Assembly: GCF_041913525.1 (NCBI RefSeq)
Contig: NZ_JAYSFD010000002.1
Coordinates: 5,186-69,185 of the forward strand
Length of the DNA: 64,000 nucleotides
Origin: Hydrogenophaga sp.
GTDB lineage: Bacteria; Pseudomonadota; Gammaproteobacteria; Burkholderiales; Burkholderiaceae_C
Reading direction: 5' to 3'
The notes below the pieces were generated by a model. The model was not told the DNA's origin and searched no databases. It was given only the letters and a program-made list of their open reading frames with translations. Positions within the stretch are counted from its first letter, which is position 1, and every line of letters starts with the position of its first letter. Both the position numbers and the translations under genes were made by a program. Below, piece after piece: positions 58,484-64,000 of this stretch.

Positions 58484-61400
58484 ATGGTGGTGGCCTGCGT
58501 CGGGGTGTCGCTGACACTCGCGGTGGCTGGCTGGCTGCATCGGCAAAACGAAGCCCTCCTGTCGGAGCGCCTGGAGTCCGCCTCCAATGAAATTGGCCAG
58601 CGGATCGAAGAGCGGCTGTCTTTGTACGAGTATGGATTGCGCGGTGCGCGTGGTGCGGTGCTGGCTGCCGGCGGCGATGCCATTACCCGGTGGCAGTTTG
58701 AGACGTACGTGAACAGCCGCGAGATGGCGGCCGAGTTCCCGGGAGCGCGTGGCTTCGGCTTCATTCGGCGGGTGCCACTCGATGCAGAAGCGGTTTTTCT
58801 GGAGAAAGCGCGGGCCGCCAATCCGGGTTTCCAGTTGCGCCAGCTGACGCCCCACACCGACGAGCGCTTCGTCATTGAGTATGTGTTTCCCGAGGGGCCC
58901 AACCGTGGGGCAGTCGGACTGGACATTGCCTCTGAAACGAGCCGGCGAGAGGCGGCCAGGGCCGCCGTGAAAAGCGCGCAAGTGCAACTCACCGCACCCA
59001 TCACCTTGGTGCAGGCCACGGGTCAGGTGCGACGTGGTTTCCTCATGCTGCTGCCGGTCTATCGCCCGGGACAGTCTTCGCTCACGCCAGAAGACCGCGA
59101 ACGCGCCACCATCGGCTGGACCTATGCCCCCCTGTTGGCAGACGAGTTATTGAGCGAACTGGGGCCGCGGGCGGCAGAAGTGGCATTCACCCTGACCGAC
59201 GCCACTGAGGCTGAGCCATTTTTCCGACTGGCCCTGGGTAATGTCGATGCCTTGCCGGGCCGCCTTGAGGCGGTGCGCGAGCTTCGGGTGGCAGGGCGGC
59301 GTTGGCTCATGCACGCGCGCCCGTTGCCGGCCCTTGATCGCGCGGTCGCCTACTTGCACCTGGGCTGGGTGTTGGCAGCGGGCGTGGCGATCAGCATGGG
59401 AGTTGCATGGCTGGTGCTTCAGATCGCACGCCAGCGCCATGCGCTGCGTGAGCGCGAGGGGCATGGCGCGTGGCGACCGCACCCGCGTGCATCCGATTGG
59501 GCGGGATTCCTGCGCAGTTCGCTGGCGTGGAAGGCACTTCTCGCCTATGGCCTGCTGTGCGCTGCTATCCTGGCCAATGATCACCATGAGGCGCTGGACC
59601 GCCTCAGCGCCCAGACCCATGACACGCTGGACACCTTGGTGCAGCGTCAGGCGGATGCCACCAATTCGCGTCGCCTGTTCCGCCGCAAAAGCGTTGTTTT
59701 TCTCGCTTCGTCACCGCCGGTGTATGCCATGGTTCGCGGCGCCCAATCGAATGGTGGGCTGGTTGATGGGGCAACGCCTGCGGTGGTCGCTTCCCGGCTG
59801 GAGCAGTTTTTCGTCGCCTACCTGCAGGCCAACCCTGAGGTGTTCCAAGCCCGTCTGATCGGTACTGCCGCCGGTGGGCGTGAGTTGGTGCGGGTTGAGC
59901 GGCACGGAGATGCGCCGGTGGTCGCATCGGAAAATTCGCTGGCGCGGGTGGACTCCGAACCCCATTTCCGTGAGGCCATGCGGGTGGCTGCGGGCGAGGT
60001 GTTTGTCTCGGACACCGAGTTACTGCGCGAAGGCGATGGCCCGCGCATGCCGCCGCAGCCCCTGGTGCACTACAGCACGCCGGTGCTTGATGGTTCGGGC
60101 CGCGTGTTTGGCGTGCTGAGCGTCAGCGTTGACCGCAGCCGCATGACGGTGAACCGGGAAATCGCGCGGACCCTGCCCGATGGGGTGTCGATGTTCGTGG
60201 CGGATCGCAACGGAGACTACCTCGTGCATCCCGACTCGTCCAAGCAATTCGGACTCCAGCTGGGCAAGCGCTACCGCTGGACGGACGATTTTGTGATTGC
60301 GTCGGATAAAGGGCATGACAGCGATGAACCCTGGAGGGGGCCAGAGGGGCCGGTGCTGGGGGCCACCTTGGTGCTGCAATCCAACGCCGACACCCCCATT
60401 GGCAGCTTGCGCTACATCGCCGTGATGCCAACGGCCCGACTTGAAGCCATTGCCTGGCGATCGACCCTTGGCACCCTGCCCATGCTGATGGCCCTGGGAG
60501 CAGTGGCCATGGTCATGTTCTATCTCTACTGGGTGAGCATGCAGCGCCGCCTTGACGCCCGCAGCCAGCGCTTGCAGCTGGCGGCCATCGTCGAGCAAAC
60601 GTCCGACGCCATCATTGGCCTGGACCGGCAAGGTCGGGTCACCTCGTGGAACCGCGGAGCCCGTGAACTGTTCGGTTACCAGCCCGAGGAGGCTGTGGGG
60701 CGCCGGCTCGACGCGCTCATCGTGCCTCAGGGCATGGTGGCCGACGAATTGGAGGCGCTGGGAGCGCTTGACGAAGACCCCACGCCTGATCCCCTGGAGC
60801 GCTGGCGCCGCACCCGCGACGGGCGCGATGTGCAGGTGGCCATTACCTTGTCGCCCCTGCGCACCGATGACGGTCGCGTGGCTGGTGCATCGGCCATCGT
60901 GCGCGACGTGACCCGCGAGCGCGAGGCCCAACGACAGGTGGTTGAGCTCAATGAACGCCTGGAAGAAGAGGTGCGCGAACGCACCGCCAACCTGGCACAG
61001 GAGCGCCAGCGCCTGGACTACATCCTCAAGGGCACCAACGCTGGGACCTGGGAGTGGAACGTTCAGACCGGCGAGACTCGCTTCAACGAGCGCTGGGCCG
61101 AGATAGTCGGGCTCACACTTGAGGAGTTGAGCCCGGTGTCCATTGAGACCTGGTACCGCATGGTCCACCCGGACGACTTGGCCAAATCCAACGCCATGTT
61201 GCAGCGCCACTTCATCGGCGAGATCGACCAGTACGAATGCGAGGCGCGCATGCGCCACCGCGATGGTCACTGGGTGTGGGTGCTGGACCGTGGGCGCGTG
61301 ACCACCTGGACTGCCGATGGCCAGCCGGAATGGATGTACGGCACCCATCGCGACGTGACGGCCGCCCACACCGCACAGCAACGCCTGGCCGAAAGCGAGG

Positions 61401-64000
61401 CCCTGCTGGCGCGCACCGGCCGCGTGGCCGGAGTCGGAGGGTGGCAGTACGACGTGCAGACCAATCAGGTGGTCTGGACCCGCGAGGCACGAGAGATCCA
61501 TGAGGTCGCGCCCGATTTCGTGCCCAACCTGGACTCCATGCGTGCCTTCTACTTGGGTGGTGCTCGCTGGCAGTTTGACGAGGCCGTGAGCAAGGCCCGA
61601 GAGGTGGGAGAACCCTTTGACCTGGAGCTGCCCTTTCGCACCGACCAGGGACGAGAGCTGCAGGTGCGCGTGGCCGGCGAGCCGGTGCGCGACAGCTCGG
61701 GCGTAGTGATTCGCATCGACGGCGCGGTGCAGAACGTGACGGATCGCTATGCCATGGAGGCTGAGATGCGCCGCATCAACGACCTGCAGCAAAGCATTCT
61801 GGAGAACCTACCCTGCGGTTTGAGCGCGTTTGACCATGACTTGCGCCTGGTGGCCTGGAACGCAGAGTTCATCCGGCTGCTGGGCCTGGAAGACCTGTTC
61901 TCCAAGGGGGCGCCCACCTACGATGAGATCATCGATTTCAACCTGCAGCGTGGCGAGTACGGCCAAGGATCGGAGGCACAGTTGCAGGCCGAGCGCATTC
62001 GCGCCTACGCCCGTCAGCCTGTGACCAACCGCTTTGAGCGCATCCGTCCCGATGGCACACCAATCGAGGTGCGCAGCACCCCCATGCCGGGCGGTGGCTT
62101 CGTCACCACCTACAACGACATGTCCGAGCGCCGCAAGGCCGAGCGCGAGATCGAACGCAACGAGGCGCTGCTGCGCGGCGCCATCACCGCGGTGGACGAG
62201 GCCTTCGTGCTGTTCGACCCGCAAGACCGGCTGGTTTTCTGCAACGACAAGTACCGTGCGCTCTACCACCTGGCGGCCGACGTGATTCAGCCCGGGGCCA
62301 AGTTTGAAGACATCGCGCGAGCTGGCGCCGAGCGTGGCCAGTACCCCGATGCCGTGGGCCGAGTGGAGGAGTGGGTGCGTGAGCGAGTGCAGAGCCACCT
62401 CTCAGATTCCCCGCCAGCCGTGCAGCGCCTGGGCGATGGGCGGGTGGTGCGCGTGGTGGAGCGCCGCATGCCAGACGGCCACACGGTGGGCTTCCGTCTG
62501 GACATCACCGACCTGGTTCGCGCCACCGAGGCGGCCGAGGCGGCCTCGCGCGCCAAGGGCGAGTTCCTGGCCAACATGAGCCACGAAATCCGCACCCCGC
62601 TGCACGCCATCATCGGCTTGACGCACCTGCTGGCCGACACCCCGCTCAATAACCGCCAGCAGCAACTGGTGGCCAAGTCGCAGATGGCCAGCCAGTCATT
62701 GCTGGGCATCGTCAACAACGTGCTTGACTTGGCCAAGATCGAAGCGGGCGAGATGCCGATCGAGGCCGAGCCCCTTGTATTGCGGGACTTGCTCGACGGC
62801 GTGGATGCGCTATTCCATCAGCAGGCCGAGGACAAGGGTGTCTCGCTGTCCGTGGAGCTGGACCCCGCCCTGCCCGAGGTGCTGGTGGGCGACGCGTTGC
62901 GCCTGCGTCAGGTGCTCACCAACCTCGTGGGCAACGCCTTGAAGTTCACCGAGCAAGGCCAGGTTCAGGTCATCCTGAGCGCCATTCCCTTCTCGTCTGC
63001 GCAGCCGAGCGACACCGTGCGCGTGCGCGGCGTGGTGCGCGACACCGGGGTGGGCATGTCACCCGAGGTTCAGGCCCGCGTGTTCACTCCCTTCCTGCAG
63101 GCCGACGCGTCCACCACGCGCCGCTATGGAGGCACTGGCCTGGGGCTGTCCATCGTCAGTCGCCTCATCGACGCCATGGGCGGCAAGCTCGCCGTGAGGA
63201 GCGCGCCGGGAGAGGGCAGCGAGTTCAGCTTCGAGGTGCCGCTGACCCTGCCCAGCAGCGCCCAGCTGGGCCGTGGTGCGGCGCGTGGTGCCGGGTTGGA
63301 GGTCATGGTGGTGGACGATGAGCCCCGCGACCGCCAGTTGCTCACCGAACTGGCCCGAGCCTTTGGCTGGCGCGCACAAACCTGCGACAGCGGCGAGGCC
63401 GCGCTGGCCGAGATCGAACGGCGCCTCGTGCGGGGCCAGTCACTGCCCGACGCCATCCTCATGGACTGGCAGCTCACAGGCATGGATGGCCTGCAGACGC
63501 TGGGCAAGCTGTCCGAGCGTCTCGGTCCGCGCCATTTGCCGGTATCGCTCATGGTGACGGCCGCCGAACGCGCTCGCCTGCAGCGCCTGGACCCCCGCCG
63601 CCTGGCCGATGCGATCCTGACCAAGCCGGTCAATGCCTCGGTGCTGTTCAACGCCGTCAACCACGGGGTGGTCAGCCGCCACGGCGGCACCGATCGGGTC
63701 AAGCAGGTGATGGGCACGCCTTCTGGCCTGGTCAAGTCGCTACCTGGTGTGCGGCTGTTGGTGGTGGACGACAGCGACATCAATCTGGAGATCGCGCGCC
63801 ACCTTCTGGAACGCGAGGGCGCCATGGTCACCACCGCCAGCAACGGCCGCGAGGCCCTGGCTGTTCTGCGGCTGGCGCCACAAGAGTTCGACGCCGTGCT
63901 GATGGACGTGCAGATGCCCGAAATGGACGGCCTGGAGGCCACCCAGCTGCTGCGCCAGCAGCCCTCGCAAGTGGGCCTGCCGGTGATCGCCCTGACAGCC
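58484..64000 (+). CDS. Hybrid sensor histidine kinase, partial: TM-CHASE-TM-TM-second periplasmic domain-TM, about 5 PAS, HisKA, HATPase, REC, REC(partial)
   Basis: The frame is open from 58382 to the window end and is not in the ORF track because it has no stop. Candidate starts are GTG 58412, TTG 58448 and ATG 58484. CHASE motifs GFGFIRRV...FVIEYVFP...LDIASE...APITLVQ. H-box SHEIRTPL (His codon 62582-62584). G-boxes DTGVGM and GGTGLGL. Two DD...D...K receivers. Confidence 0.9.
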   Translation, partial: MVVACVGVSLTLAVAGWLHRQNEALLSERLESASNEIGQRIEERLSLYEYGLRGARGAVLAAGGDAITRWQFETYVNSREMAAEFPGARGFGFIRRVPLDAEAVFLEKARAANPGFQLRQLTPHTDERFVIEYVFPEGPNRGAVGLDIASETSRREAARAAVKSAQVQLTAPITLVQATGQVRRGFLMLLPVYRPGQSSLTPEDRERATIGWTYAPLLADELLSELGPRAAEVAFTLTDATEAEPFFRLALGNVDALPGRLEAVRELRVAGRRWLMHARPLPALDRAVAYLHLGWVLAAGVAISMGVAWLVLQIARQRHALREREGHGAWRPHPRASDWAGFLRSSLAWKALLAYGLLCAAILANDHHEALDRLSAQTHDTLDTLVQRQADATNSRRLFRRKSVVFLASSPPVYAMVRGAQSNGGLVDGATPAVVASRLEQFFVAYLQANPEVFQARLIGTAAGGRELVRVERHGDAPVVASENSLARVDSEPHFREAMRVAAGEVFVSDTELLREGDGPRMPPQPLVHYSTPVLDGSGRVFGVLSVSVDRSRMTVNREIARTLPDGVSMFVADRNGDYLVHPDSSKQFGLQLGKRYRWTDDFVIASDKGHDSDEPWRGPEGPVLGATLVLQSNADTPIGSLRYIAVMPTARLEAIAWRSTLGTLPMLMALGAVAMVMFYLYWVSMQRRLDARSQRLQLAAIVEQTSDAIIGLDRQGRVTSWNRGARELFGYQPEEAVGRRLDALIVPQGMVADELEALGALDEDPTPDPLERWRRTRDGRDVQVAITLSPLRTDDGRVAGASAIVRDVTREREAQRQVVELNERLEEEVRERTANLAQERQRLDYILKGTNAGTWEWNVQTGETRFNERWAEIVGLTLEELSPVSIETWYRMVHPDDLAKSNAMLQRHFIGEIDQYECEARMRHRDGHWVWVLDRGRVTTWTADGQPEWMYGTHRDVTAAHTAQQRLAESEALLARTGRVAGVGGWQYDVQTNQVVWTREAREIHEVAPDFVPNLDSMRAFYLGGARWQFDEAVSKAREVGEPFDLELPFRTDQGRELQVRVAGEPVRDSSGVVIRIDGAVQNVTDRYAMEAEMRRINDLQQSILENLPCGLSAFDHDLRLVAWNAEFIRLLGLEDLFSKGAPTYDEIIDFNLQRGEYGQGSEAQLQAERIRAYARQPVTNRFERIRPDGTPIEVRSTPMPGGGFVTTYNDMSERRKAEREIERNEALLRGAITAVDEAFVLFDPQDRLVFCNDKYRALYHLAADVIQPGAKFEDIARAGAERGQYPDAVGRVEEWVRERVQSHLSDSPPAVQRLGDGRVVRVVERRMPDGHTVGFRLDITDLVRATEAAEAASRAKGEFLANMSHEIRTPLHAIIGLTHLLADTPLNNRQQQLVAKSQMASQSLLGIVNNVLDLAKIEAGEMPIEAEPLVLRDLLDGVDALFHQQAEDKGVSLSVELDPALPEVLVGDALRLRQVLTNLVGNALKFTEQGQVQVILSAIPFSSAQPSDTVRVRGVVRDTGVGMSPEVQARVFTPFLQADASTTRRYGGTGLGLSIVSRLIDAMGGKLAVRSAPGEGSEFSFEVPLTLPSSAQLGRGAARGAGLEVMVVDDEPRDRQLLTELARAFGWRAQTCDSGEAALAEIERRLVRGQSLPDAILMDWQLTGMDGLQTLGKLSERLGPRHLPVSLMVTAAERARLQRLDPRRLADAILTKPVNASVLFNAVNHGVVSRHGGTDRVKQVMGTPSGLVKSLPGVRLLVVDDSDINLEIARHLLEREGAMVTTASNGREALAVLRLAPQEFDAVLMDVQMPEMDGLEATQLLRQQPSQVGLPVIALTA

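Overview
This is a high-GC window (about two-thirds G+C by eye) from a betaproteobacterial chromosome, probably Burkholderiales/Comamonadaceae-like: it has a Bug/TctC receptor, OmpC-like porins ending in F, and many Tat signals. It holds roughly 75 tightly packed protein genes. I found no rRNA, tRNA, CRISPR array, transposase or integrase.

Gene order, left to right:
1. A beta-oxidation block (thiolase 3' end, SDR hydroxyacyl-CoA dehydrogenase, thioesterase, Bug receptor, long acyl-CoA dehydrogenase, MarR), then a GST and a signal-less GGT.
2. A 542-bp low-GC leader, an IT-type permease plus porin, and two TauE/SafE permeases around a GntR regulator. Next come two divergent operons built around a PqqC-fold heme-oxygenase-like diiron (HDO) enzyme. 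They also encode two plant-type [2Fe-2S] ferredoxins, a 110-aa orphan, an Fdx-FNR reductase, an ALDH, GlcG and an OCD/mu-crystallin enzyme. A repeated GTATAC-N-GTATAC palindrome ties these loci together.
3. GST/ArsC, then a diheme cytochrome c + two paralogous 4-TM proteins + Zn-ADH operon, a GntR, hipBA, and a hemerythrin-GntR pair.
4. A lignin-type aromatic catabolic island: LigJ-, LigK-, LigB- and LigI-like enzymes, three tandem RraA-family genes, a PDR-type reductase, a Rieske oxygenase, an ACAD-fold flavin monooxygenase plus flavin reductase, a porin and MFS transporters.
5. A periplasmic redox block. Two near-identical copies of a small secreted protein each head an operon. The first continues with a lipoprotein, a Tat esterase, cytochrome c551 and a PchF/PchC-like flavocytochrome. 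The second continues with a secreted beta-protein and a cytochrome c4::FGE-sulfatase fusion. A Tat-secreted tandem-Cache protein, DUF1993 and HupE/UreJ follow.
6. A DLH-PRTase fusion, OsmC, a CheY-like receiver, and a >1,800-aa hybrid histidine kinase (CHASE + second periplasmic domain + about 5 PAS) that runs off the window.

The two signals I rate highest are the HDO multicomponent locus and an 11-17 bp CTAG-centred quasi-palindrome (TTGCCTAGCAA) found at six promoters of the periplasmic redox/metal genes. All functional calls come from reading the translations and from family knowledge. No database search was run.
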